DNA of 26,635 bases from an uncultured archaeon (GTDB lineage: Archaea; Asgardarchaeota; Thorarchaeia; Thorarchaeales; Thorarchaeaceae). Below are positions 18,029-26,635 of this stretch, in pieces. Below the pieces are notes generated by a model. It searched no databases. It saw only the letters and a list, made by a program, of their open reading frames with translations, and was not told where the DNA came from. The stretch is from positions 1 to 26,635 of the forward strand of contig CAZPWM010000038.1 in the NCBI GenBank assembly GCA_964590575.1, read 5' to 3'. The position numbers were made by a program, and so were the translations under genes. Within the stretch, counting starts at the first letter, position 1. Each line of letters starts with the position of its first letter.

Positions 18029-19424
18029 TTAGATTCCTCCTAAGACACCTAGGTTCATTATATTGTTCGGGTCAATTGAGTTCTTGAGGAACCGGAGGAA
18101 TGCCATGTAGCCGTCCATGTCTTCGATGGCATCTTTCCAAAACTCAGCAAGTTTGAATGGTACTGCGCCAGATCTGAACAACTTCTTTGCAATTTCCTTA
18201 TGGGCTTCTACTACCTTCTTTTCCTCTTCTTTGTCTTGTGGGTCAAAGTAAAGGTGTGGATAAAGGTTCATAGAGCTGTGTCCACTATGAAACCCTGCAG
18301 TATGCCCTAGGAATCTGTATTTATCCATCACTTCCATGATGATATCTACTGACTTGTGTGAATTGGTTGGGGTCTGATGATGGTAAAGTATTTTCCAGTG
18401 CCAACCATGAGCGTATGAAGCTCGAACAAAATTCCAGAAGCGGCCTTCCCATTCCTGCTGTGGCATCTCACTAACGCCCAGCACTTTTCCCCCGAGTTTC
18501 TCGCAAATCTCACAAGCAAGTTTGGCATCACTCTTCATCATATCCTCGCGAACTCTACCTATTGTCATCGACACTGTGCGATTCGAGTACTCAAAACTTG
18601 GAAATCCAAGTTCCTCAGAAAGCATATCCATGAACAAGTCAAGAACTTCGCCCGAATAGAGCGAAGCAAAGAGACTGTTAATATCATTCTGCTTTACCTC
18701 GACCAGAAATTGCTCGGCCTGAGCTGCAGTATCAAATCCATACATATTGTAATCGAAGAACTTCATTCGTTTGAACGTCTTCATCGATGCCTTTGTGATT
18801 ATACCAAAACTTCCGAGCGAGCCAATGAACAAACCAGTGATATCAGGTCCAAATGCGTAGCGAATGAAAGGCCCTGGCGCATTAGGGTTTGCCTCTGACC
18901 CAGTCTGGATGATTGAACCATCAGGTAGTACAACCTCGAGCCCCAATACCATCTCACCGATGCAACCGAATAGACTTGATCCTGGCCCCGCACCATTAAC
19001 TGCAATGTTACCTGCCACTGTGCAAACTAGTGCGGACTCTGGATAGACTGGAAGGAAGAGGTCATGTTTTTTCCAATTCTCCATAGGTGACTCCTGCTCC
19101 AACTGTCACGGATCGAAGGTTCTCATAGAGTTTTATTCCTCCAAGTCTCAGCAGATCAACCACTAAACCCCCCGGTTTGGGAATTGCTTCTCCCTGAAGA
19201 CTTGAACCTCCTGATCGTGGAGTCACTGGTATCTTGTACTGATTCGCTAGTTTCAGAATCTGAGACACTTCGAGAGTATTTGCTGGCCGAACGACAGCAG
19301 CTGGAATGACTGGTTCGACTGCCAAGGATGCAGTCTGAGAATAGGTCAACAACACATCTGCTCTTGTTGATACAAATTCAACCCCAACTATTTCTTCAAA
19401 CTTCTTGATTATCTTCTCATTCAT
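18029..19424 (-). pseudogene. FAD-linked oxidase (GlcD/D-2-hydroxyacid dehydrogenase-like), interrupted by a frameshift near 19067-19072
   Basis: The N-terminal ORF (PAAVVRP, PRSGGSSLQG, VGAGVTYGEL) and the C-terminal ORF (HDLFLPVYP..CTVAGNIAVNGAG, LEVVLPDG, FIGSLGSFGIITK, DPNNIMN) are consecutive parts of one protein in different frames. Confidence 0.8.
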
Positions 19425-19447
19425 GGTTACATATTATCCCCTTAGGT

Positions 19448-19774
19448 TTAGAAAATGTGTTTTATCTTCACTAGATCAGAGGTTGCACCTTTCACCTTCA
19501 ATTTCCGTTTAACAATAGCTGAAATTGCACTCATTTCTTCGAGGAAGAGCTTACGAATTGTATCCTCGTCACTCAGAATTCTCATATCCGGATTAGCAAT
19601 GGGTCCTTCATGTACTGTGATATTATTGTCCTTGACAATGAAGTGATATTCCGGTCCTTCCTTCAAAGTGAGTTGTGCTGTCCTCTCCCATCCTTCGATG
19701 GCTTCTTTAGTTTTATCTCGTTCAAGTCCAATAGCGATTCGTTCTCGCATGAGTTCTAGCAAGTCTTGATTCAT
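19448..19774 (-). CDS. SCP2 sterol/lipid-binding domain protein
   Basis: VHEGPIANPDMRI and SAIVKRKLKVKG..DL match the SCP2 pattern. Confidence 0.8.
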   Translation of the reverse strand: MNQDLLELMRERIAIGLERDKTKEAIEGWERTAQLTLKEGPEYHFIVKDNNITVHEGPIANPDMRILSDEDTIRKLFLEEMSAISAIVKRKLKVKGATSDLVKIKHIF

Positions 19775-19832
19775 TTTTTCGCACTCCAATGGCCACGTGC
19801 AGGTTTAGAGCTAGATTTAGTTGTTTCCTTTC

Positions 19833-20483
19833 CTAGCTTCTGTACCTTTTCACAATATCAAGGAATTTCATGACGTTCTCTGTTATTACCTCAAATTTAC
19901 CTTCTTTGATAGCTTTCTTGTCAGTAATAGCGCTGCCTACTCCAAGTGCATAAGCTCCTGCCTCGAGCATAGGTCCCGCTGTTTCTAGGTCCACTCCTCC
20001 TGTCGGTACAAGTGGTATTTGCGGCAGAGGCCCTCTGATTGCTTTGAGATACTCCGCTCCTCCCAAATTACCACAAGGAAAGACCTTCACTGCATCTGCA
20101 CCTAATGTGTAGGCATCAAAAATCTCTGTGGGAGTCAGAGCTCCTGGGATTATAGGTTTTCCATGTTTGATAGCAGTTTCAATCAGGTCTCGAGAGTAGT
20201 TTGGACTTACGATAAACTCACTTCCTGCTTTGATTACTTCTTCTGCCATCCTTCCGTTAACAACTGTACCAGTTCCTATGAGTACTTTATCACCAAAATT
20301 CTCTATTAGCTGTTTCACGACATCAACTGCACCAGGAACGCTCATGGTCACTTCTATGATATTAACATCTCCGTCTAGAAATGCATCTGCAACTTTGAAG
20401 GCTGTTTCAGCTGATTCGACCCGGATTATTGGAATGAGTCCTGTGTCATAAATCAGTTTCATCGTTTTTTCCTTTGTCCACAT
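19833..20483 (-). CDS. eda: KDPG/KHG aldolase (bacterial Eda type)
   Basis: IIEVT, IGTGTV, FIVSP, PGALTPTEI, VKVFP and PTGGV motifs. Confidence 0.93.
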   Translation of the reverse strand: MWTKEKTMKLIYDTGLIPIIRVESAETAFKVADAFLDGDVNIIEVTMSVPGAVDVVKQLIENFGDKVLIGTGTVVNGRMAEEVIKAGSEFIVSPNYSRDLIETAIKHGKPIIPGALTPTEIFDAYTLGADAVKVFPCGNLGGAEYLKAIRGPLPQIPLVPTGGVDLETAGPMLEAGAYALGVGSAITDKKAIKEGKFEVITENVMKFLDIVKRYRS

Positions 20484-20489
20484 CTAAAA

Positions 20490-21485
20490 TCACCTATCGA
20501 TTCGAAGACCTCTTTCACGTCCCTTGATTAACTTCTCTACCTCTGACTTGTAGACAAAAGCAAGGTCTCCTGGAACTGAGTGCTTCAATGCAGAAAATGC
20601 TGAACCAAAATCTACAGCTTTCTGTATATCTTTTAACTCAAGATATCCGTAGATGAATCCCGCACTGCAGGAGTCACCTCCGCCTAGACGATCCACAACC
20701 TCGATGTCATAGACCGGACTTTTGTAGGCTTTGCCATCAGAATACGCAAAGACTGACCATTTATTCATCCAGACCGATGGGGTTTCTCTGAGTGTAATGA
20801 CAACAACGTCGAATCCAAAAGTATCAATCAATTTTGCTGCCACGTCTTCGTAGTCTTTTCCTTCAATTCCATAGACAACTTTGGTGTCTTCTTCAGTTGT
20901 AATCAAAATGTCGATGTACTCGGATGCTGGTTCAGTAAACTTCTGAGCTTCTTTCGGAGTCCAAAGTTTTCCTCGATAGTTGACGTCGTAAGAAACCTTT
21001 ACCCCTTGTTCTTTTGCCATCTTGAGCGCTTCATCAGTTGCGTCAGCACAATTGGAACTCAGTGCAGGTGTAATTCCACTAGTGTGAAATAGTTTAGTAC
21101 CTTCCAGGATTTTCTTCCAATCAATCTCTCCCGGTTTTATTTTACTGATGGCTGACTCCTTACGGTCATAGATGACTCGATTTGTTCTCGGAGCTGCCCC
21201 AAACTCAACAAAGTATACTCCACATCGACTGTCTGGGTCCCAGAGAATATGGGAGGTATCAACTCCATGTTCACGTGCTTTATTTCGAATGAAATGACCA
21301 ATGGAGTTGTCACCTAGTTTAGTGACATAGGCAGAGTTCAGCTCTAGTCTAGCACAGGCGACTGCTACATTCATCTCAGCGCCGCCTGCGTGCGCAATGA
21401 AGCTGTCAGTCTGTTCAAATCTCTTGAAGTCAGGAGGAGAGAGGCGAAGCATCACTTCTCCAAAGGTAACTACGTCATATCGCAT
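20490..21485 (-). CDS. kdgK: 2-keto-3-deoxygluconate kinase (PfkB family)
   Basis: FGEVMLRLSP, GGAEMNVA, SGITPALS, DVNYRGKLW and VDRLGGGDS motifs. Confidence 0.9.
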   Translation of the reverse strand: MRYDVVTFGEVMLRLSPPDFKRFEQTDSFIAHAGGAEMNVAVACARLELNSAYVTKLGDNSIGHFIRNKAREHGVDTSHILWDPDSRCGVYFVEFGAAPRTNRVIYDRKESAISKIKPGEIDWKKILEGTKLFHTSGITPALSSNCADATDEALKMAKEQGVKVSYDVNYRGKLWTPKEAQKFTEPASEYIDILITTEEDTKVVYGIEGKDYEDVAAKLIDTFGFDVVVITLRETPSVWMNKWSVFAYSDGKAYKSPVYDIEVVDRLGGGDSCSAGFIYGYLELKDIQKAVDFGSAFSALKHSVPGDLAFVYKSEVEKLIKGRERGLRIDR

Positions 21486-21561
21486 CAGTCGCAACTCAAT
21501 ACTTGTTTAACATCTACATACTATCTCATGGAAATGTTAAATCTGCCGTTGAGACTGGTCT

Positions 21562-23874
21562 TCAAGAGAATTCAGTTCGTGCTATTACTTCATCTTGCAC
21601 GAATGGATCAAGCTCAATGAAGTATGCACTATATCCTGCGACTCGAACAATTAAGTCTCTGTGTTGCATTGGGTTCAATTTTGCATCTTCAAGGGTTTCT
21701 CGTGAAACCACATTAAATTGAACATGGAAACCTCCCATTTCAAAGTAAGCGTCAATCATGCTGATGAATTTCTTTCTCCTGGATTCGGTATCGAAAAAGT
21801 CGGGTGTAAATTTCATGTTGTAGAGGGTGCCGTTGTAGCACAAAGCATGATCAAGTCTAGCAACAGATTTCATCGCTGCCGTTGGCCCATTTACATCTCT
21901 ATTTTGAGTAGGTGAAACACCATCGGATATCATGTAACCAGATTTTCGACCATCAGGTGTTGCTCCAAGGACTTCCCCTTGTGGAATATACATAGAAACA
22001 GAGAAGAGAGCTCCATGATAAGGTCCGTTTCTAGTTGTCATCCTATTTTGAATCGAGTTGCAGAATGCCCTCCCAGTATCCCTTGCAAGAAAGTCTACTC
22101 TTTCAATATCATTACCGTACTTTGAAGGATCATTCTCTAGTTTGACCCTAAGTTCTTCTTTTCCCTCATAGTCATTGGCGAGGATTTTAAGCAACTCATC
22201 CATCGATATCTCATTTTCTTCGAAGACGAATTTTCGAAGTACTTCTAGCGAGTCTGCTACTATAGCGATGCCAACTCCCATGATTCCCCCAGAGTTATAG
22301 AATGCTCCACCTTGCTGCAGGGTCTTTCCAGACTGATTGCAACCTTCAAGAAGTGATGATATGAATGGAGTGGGTGTATGCTCTGAAAGAATCCCAGCTG
22401 CGACTCTGTCCGCACGTGTTAGCAACTCTATTGTGTAGTCAATCTGTTCCTCGAATGCCAACCATAGATCATCAAATGTGGTGAAACTTCGAGGGTCTCC
22501 TGTTTCTCGACCGACAAGTTCACCAGTCTTTGGATCCTTACCATTATTCAGGGTGACCTCCAGTATCTTTGGTAGGTTCACATATCCAATATTCTGCCGC
22601 GGGTCAGATTTGCCGCCAATAATTGGTTCAACGCAACCGAGTATTGAATAATCATGCGCTTCTGCTGGATCGGTTCCCTTTTCATGCATCATAGGAATTA
22701 TTGCATCATCGTTGAACAGACCCGGTATCCCAAGACCTTTTGAGATTACATCCACCACTTGTAGTTTGATATCTTCAGGGGTGTTCTTATGCCATCGGAA
22801 CGAAACACTCGGTTGAGTGACTCTGATGTTTGCTGTAGCTTGAAGAATTAATCTAGTGAGGTCATTAGATGCATCAGTCCCATCCGCCTTTTGACCTCCA
22901 ATAGTGAGGTTCTGAAACATTGGATGGCCAGCAAATGCGATACTATAGTATTCATTTCTTATCTTGATAAGAGCTGTCAGTTTAACCCAAAGAACTTCTA
23001 GGAGTTCCAACGCATAGTCCTTGTCTATCCGTCCATTTCTGATATCATACTCATAGAATGGATACATATACTGGTCAAATCTGCCAGTAGACATGGAATG
23101 TCCATTTGACTCGGTCTGTACCAGCAAATGAATAAACCAGAATGACTGGAGTGCTTCTTGAAAAGTTTCTGCAGGTTCAGCTGGAACCTTCTTACAGATC
23201 CGAGCTATCTCGAGTAGCTCATCTTTTCGGTTTTCATCCGATTCTTTCTCTGCTAATTCCGTAGCTAGATGAGAGAATCGTTCTGCGAACCTAAGTACCG
23301 CATCTATTTCTGTTCTGACCGCCTCATAATAGACATCTTCTTTCCCTTGAATTTCTTCAAGAATCCCTCTGAAACCGTATGTCAGAATTTTCTCATAATC
23401 AACGATGACATGTCCGATACCTGTTCCTGGAGCTCCAATTGTGTATAGACCTGCTCTCGAAGCTTGGATTGATTCCTTAGGCATTGCAGTTCCTGCAATC
23501 TCAGCTGTGCTCTTTCCCTCCCAGAATTTGAAGACTATTCGGAGCTTATTCTTGTCTTCATCACTGATTCGGAAGCGTTCAGTTCTCCTTTTGTCAAACC
23601 TGTCGAGTTCCTCTTCAATCCATTTCCAGCTGTACTCTGGAAACACCTGGCAAGAACGGGGTGTTGGTCCCATGTTGCCAACGATTAATTCCTCGGGCTC
23701 TATTCTAATTGTCATATTATCAAGAACATGGGCAAAACCACCAGCGAGACGTAATATTGGATGTAAAGACCAGTTATCCTTAACATACTCAGTAAAGAGG
23801 ACCGCTCTCTCTGACGAAATCGTAGGCTCTGACTCAAGCATCGTTTGTTTGAGTCGTTTACTCCGGGAGGTCAT
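21562..23874 (-). CDS. Glycyl-radical enzyme, PFL2/glycerol-dehydratase-like
   Basis: Gly loop LIVRVAGYSAYF, single-Cys loop GCVEP, ESNGHS and FAGHPMFQNL. A GGAG RBS supports the start at 23874. Confidence 0.93.
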   Translation of the reverse strand: MTSRSKRLKQTMLESEPTISSERAVLFTEYVKDNWSLHPILRLAGGFAHVLDNMTIRIEPEELIVGNMGPTPRSCQVFPEYSWKWIEEELDRFDKRRTERFRISDEDKNKLRIVFKFWEGKSTAEIAGTAMPKESIQASRAGLYTIGAPGTGIGHVIVDYEKILTYGFRGILEEIQGKEDVYYEAVRTEIDAVLRFAERFSHLATELAEKESDENRKDELLEIARICKKVPAEPAETFQEALQSFWFIHLLVQTESNGHSMSTGRFDQYMYPFYEYDIRNGRIDKDYALELLEVLWVKLTALIKIRNEYYSIAFAGHPMFQNLTIGGQKADGTDASNDLTRLILQATANIRVTQPSVSFRWHKNTPEDIKLQVVDVISKGLGIPGLFNDDAIIPMMHEKGTDPAEAHDYSILGCVEPIIGGKSDPRQNIGYVNLPKILEVTLNNGKDPKTGELVGRETGDPRSFTTFDDLWLAFEEQIDYTIELLTRADRVAAGILSEHTPTPFISSLLEGCNQSGKTLQQGGAFYNSGGIMGVGIAIVADSLEVLRKFVFEENEISMDELLKILANDYEGKEELRVKLENDPSKYGNDIERVDFLARDTGRAFCNSIQNRMTTRNGPYHGALFSVSMYIPQGEVLGATPDGRKSGYMISDGVSPTQNRDVNGPTAAMKSVARLDHALCYNGTLYNMKFTPDFFDTESRRKKFISMIDAYFEMGGFHVQFNVVSRETLEDAKLNPMQHRDLIVRVAGYSAYFIELDPFVQDEVIARTEFS

Positions 23875-23921
23875 CTCTACTCCTCTGTTTTTTTTATTCA
23901 TTACTCTTCGCATCTGGCAAA

Positions 23922-25082
23922 CTAGTGCAATAATTTAGGCAGATAGCTATCCAGTATACTTAGAGCTTCGTTTATTTTCTCAGTTGAAACCGCATAACAG
24001 AGTCTGATGAATCCCTCACCAAAATCTCCGAAGGCTGTACCATGGACTGTAACGACATTAGTTTCCTTCAGGATTTTGTGAACAAGGTCATATGATTTCA
24101 TACCATAAGCAGACACATCTGGGAATGCATAGAATGCTCCTCCAGGAGGTGGCATATCGATACCCTCAATGTCATTGAGTCCTTTTGTGATTAAGTCACG
24201 TCGTTTTCGGAACGTTTGAAGCATTTCATCAACGCAGTCTTGAGGACCAATAGCTGCAGCCGCTGCGGCTTTTTGAGCAATTGAAGTTGGCATTGCTATA
24301 ACATGTTCTTGCAGTTTGGTCATCGCGCCTATTAGTTCACTGGAACCTGTTGCTACAGCAATACGCCATCCTGTCATTGCGTATGTCTTAGAGAGAGAAA
24401 ATATCGAGACCGTTCTTTCTTTCATTCCCGGAAGCGAACCTATGAATAGAGGCTTTTCATCTACATATCTGAATTTCTCATAAGCTTCATCTGCAACGAC
24501 ATAGATGTCCTTCTCAATACACAACTCTGCAATTTGTTTCAATTCCTTGTTAGAAGTGACTCCCCCAGTGGGATTGTTTGGTGAATTAAGCACAATCATT
24601 TTTGTTTTTGGAGTGATTTTTCTTGCAACATCTTCTGCAGTGAGTCCGAATCCATTCTCCTTCTTTATTTCAACAGGAACAGGAACTCCCTGGGCGAGTT
24701 TGATGTGTGCATAGTGGCTCACGAAACCAGGGTCTGGGTATATCACTTCATCACCTGGGTTCACAAGAATCAAATTAGCAAGAACGAGAGCTCCCATTCC
24801 ACCTGCTGTGCAGATTAATTCGTTCGCAGGATCTGCAATAATGTTGTTATCGCGTTTCAGTTTCTTTGCAAGAGCTTCTCGAACATCAATGTAACCTGCA
24901 TTGTGGGTGTACCTTGTGAATCCTTCGTCAAGAGCTTTCTTTGCCGCATCCTTGATGTGCTCAGGAGTATCAAAATCAGGGATGCCAACTGTCATATCAA
25001 TTACATCGGTTCTTCCAATGATTATGTTGAAGATTTTTCGGATTTCACTAGCGGGAACATCTACGTTTCTATCAGCAAGCAT
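23922..25082 (-). CDS. PLP-dependent class I/II aminotransferase (AspC-like)
   Basis: GIPDFDTP, NSPNNPTG, DEAY and SLSKTYAMTGWRI motifs. Start at ATG 25082, with TTATATAA at 25121-25128 upstream. Confidence 0.93.
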   Translation of the reverse strand: MLADRNVDVPASEIRKIFNIIIGRTDVIDMTVGIPDFDTPEHIKDAAKKALDEGFTRYTHNAGYIDVREALAKKLKRDNNIIADPANELICTAGGMGALVLANLILVNPGDEVIYPDPGFVSHYAHIKLAQGVPVPVEIKKENGFGLTAEDVARKITPKTKMIVLNSPNNPTGGVTSNKELKQIAELCIEKDIYVVADEAYEKFRYVDEKPLFIGSLPGMKERTVSIFSLSKTYAMTGWRIAVATGSSELIGAMTKLQEHVIAMPTSIAQKAAAAAAIGPQDCVDEMLQTFRKRRDLITKGLNDIEGIDMPPPGGAFYAFPDVSAYGMKSYDLVHKILKETNVVTVHGTAFGDFGEGFIRLCYAVSTEKINEALSILDSYLPKLLH

Positions 25083-25120
25083 CAGTAACACCCAACTGGA
25101 CGTGCAGGGATATTGCGAGT

Positions 25121-25189
25121 TTATATAACCTATCGAATGGACCTCTTTAGTTAAAGAAACAACAAAATGGCTCTCAGAGAGAGTTTTAA
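25121..25189. promoter_or_regulatory. Divergent promoter region with two TATA-like boxes
   Basis: TTATATAA at 25121-25128 (for the minus-strand operon) and TTTTAA at 25184-25189 (for the plus-strand gene pair). Confidence 0.45.
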
Positions 25190-25238
25190 GATACATATCC
25201 AATTAGTGGAATCAACTCTCAATGGAACGTGTTGAACC

Positions 25239-25712
25239 ATGTCGAATCCAAGTGCTGATGATGTTCGAAGAGCTAACATGAATACACTCGCAGACACTCA
25301 TGTAATCTATGTTGAAGCTATTCGTAGATTGACGGGTGATAAAGGATTGAAAGCTATTAGCGAAGCAAACCGACTTCACGGTCTGGAACTCGGCAAGACA
25401 GGTATCAAACAAGGGACGTTGAAGAAAGGAGACCTGCTTTCCATATTCCAGTTCTTTGATGGTGCTCATCCTTTCTTCGGTTTTAAGCTCTCTATAGGCG
25501 ACCAAACTGACAAGAGGTTCGACCTAAAGGTGACATATTGTCCTTGGTTAGAGTCATTTAAGGCTCGAGGTGCTGGTTCGGACATATGTCAATATGTGAC
25601 TAAGATAGACGAGGGAATCGGTCAGGCTGTGGACCCAGATGTAAAATTGTCAATTCCTAAATGTATGATGCGCGGTGATGATCATTGTATCTATCGCTGG
25701 GAGAAGGAGTGA
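25239..25712 (+). CDS. L-2-amino-thiazoline-4-carboxylate hydrolase-like (V4R-related) protein
   Basis: VTYCPW, ICQYVTKID.G and CMMRGDDHCIYRW Cys pattern. Confidence 0.75.
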   Translation: MSNPSADDVRRANMNTLADTHVIYVEAIRRLTGDKGLKAISEANRLHGLELGKTGIKQGTLKKGDLLSIFQFFDGAHPFFGFKLSIGDQTDKRFDLKVTYCPWLESFKARGAGSDICQYVTKIDEGIGQAVDPDVKLSIPKCMMRGDDHCIYRWEKE

Positions 25713-25717
25713 ATAAC

Positions 25718-26386
25718 ATGACAACTGATAGGAATACCATCATTGAACGAACAATGAAACTCTATGTGGCCGCACTGTCTGATGCCGCAGACGAGATAGG
25801 GCTTGAAAATGTGTGCATGGACAGAGGGATTGCTCCCCTAACCCTGAACAAACGAATGGCTGGATTTGCAAGAACTGGAAAACTAACCCGCTCTCCAGCT
25901 AATAGCCCATATGACGAGAAACAACTGGATGTCTTCATGAGTCTTGGAACTAAGGCAGTCGAAGGTGATCTACTTGTTATCGATATGGCTGGTGCAACAG
26001 ATTGCTCAGCTTGGGGTCAGATATTGACGAAGATTGGAATTTCAAAAGGTGTCCGAGGTGCTGTTATTGATGGGACTTCCAGAGATATACATGAAATCGA
26101 TAAAATGAACTTCACAGTCTTTGCCCGCGGGCGTCATCCTGGAACTATGAGAGGTCGCCTAGATATGGAGTCTGTTCAGAAACCCATTGTCTGTGGTGGA
26201 GTGACTGTAAATCCCGGTGACTTAGTCTTTGGAGATGGAGATGGAGTCGTGGTCATTCCTGCAAATATCATTCAAGAAGTCCTTTCGCACGCAGAGGAGG
26301 TTGTTGCTACTGATGATTGGTGGTCTGACAAACTAGACGATGGCGAAGATCCACATGAACTTCACAAAGAGAAACCCATTCCCTGA
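25718..26386 (+). CDS. RraA/HMG aldolase family protein
   Basis: AALSDA, SAWGQ, GAVIDG.SRD and GGVTVNPGDLVFGDGDGVVVIP motifs. Confidence 0.9.
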   Translation: MTTDRNTIIERTMKLYVAALSDAADEIGLENVCMDRGIAPLTLNKRMAGFARTGKLTRSPANSPYDEKQLDVFMSLGTKAVEGDLLVIDMAGATDCSAWGQILTKIGISKGVRGAVIDGTSRDIHEIDKMNFTVFARGRHPGTMRGRLDMESVQKPIVCGGVTVNPGDLVFGDGDGVVVIPANIIQEVLSHAEEVVATDDWWSDKLDDGEDPHELHKEKPIP

Positions 26387-26391
26387 TGAGG

Positions 26392-26634
26392 TCACTTGAG
26401 GGGATATACACCTCTTATTATGGCATAGTCATACAATTCCAGAATCTGTTCAGGAGTAGACTCTGGCTGGATATTGTGTGCGGGCGCAAGTATATACCCT
26501 CCACCGTGTGCAAGTGCATTTATTCGTTTGTCAACCTCTTTACGCAAATCATCAAGAGTACCCTGAGCTGACATCGCATGCTGAAGATCTATACCTCCAT
26601 GAAATGTCAGTTTATCTCCATACTTCTCCTTTAG
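26392..26634 (-). CDS. Uroporphyrinogen decarboxylase/MtaA-CmuA family protein, C-terminal part (truncated by the window edge)
   Basis: The frame is open to the edge: LKEKYGDKLTFHGGIDLQ...GGGYILAPAHNIQPESTPE. Confidence 0.85.
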   Translation of the reverse strand, partial: LKEKYGDKLTFHGGIDLQHAMSAQGTLDDLRKEVDKRINALAHGGGYILAPAHNIQPESTPEQILELYDYAIIRGVYPLK

Positions 26635-26635
26635 C

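Noticed and set aside
19062-19064. UGA as selenocysteine in the FAD oxidase
   Set aside because: Homology continues in another frame, so this is a frameshift rather than an in-frame UGA.
21562-23874. Pyruvate formate-lyase (pflB)
   Set aside because: It lacks the adjacent Cys-Cys active-site pair and has the single-Cys GCVEP loop of eliminase-type GREs.
23405-23938. 177-aa plus-strand ORF and the other short overlapping ORFs in the track
   Set aside because: These are antisense or alternate-frame shadows of well-supported genes with no motifs of their own.
25083-25202. N-terminal extension of the aminotransferase in the ORF track
   Set aside because: It covers the TATA-containing divergent promoter region, and family similarity begins at MLADRNV (25082).

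Overview
Archaeal genomic window, most likely from an Asgard archaeon (Thorarchaeia-like). This assignment is inferred from two Rab-like small GTPases, archaeal-type RadA, PheRS, aRF1 and geranylgeranyl reductase, and GGTGA/GGAG ribosome-binding sites. The left half is mostly housekeeping genes (radA, GGR, purA, pheST, aRF1, ino1, OB-fold SSB) plus a small eukaryotic-signature cluster (two Rab-like GTPases, a Pro-rich protein, a CBS protein and a membrane protein). The right half is a minus-strand catabolic operon: aminotransferase, glycyl-radical enzyme, KDG kinase, KDPG aldolase, SCP2 protein, a frameshifted FAD oxidase and an Fe-S oxidoreductase. Three observations stand out: (1) an unannotated ~250-nt, extensively base-paired RNA-like element upstream of the SSB gene; (2) a Cas4/AddB-like nuclease split into two adjacent genes, each with a transmembrane helix at the split point; (3) a dehydratase-type glycyl-radical enzyme sitting where an Entner-Doudoroff dehydratase would be expected. 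No CRISPR array, rRNA, tRNA or mobile element was recognised. All calls come from reading motifs by eye; no searches were run.
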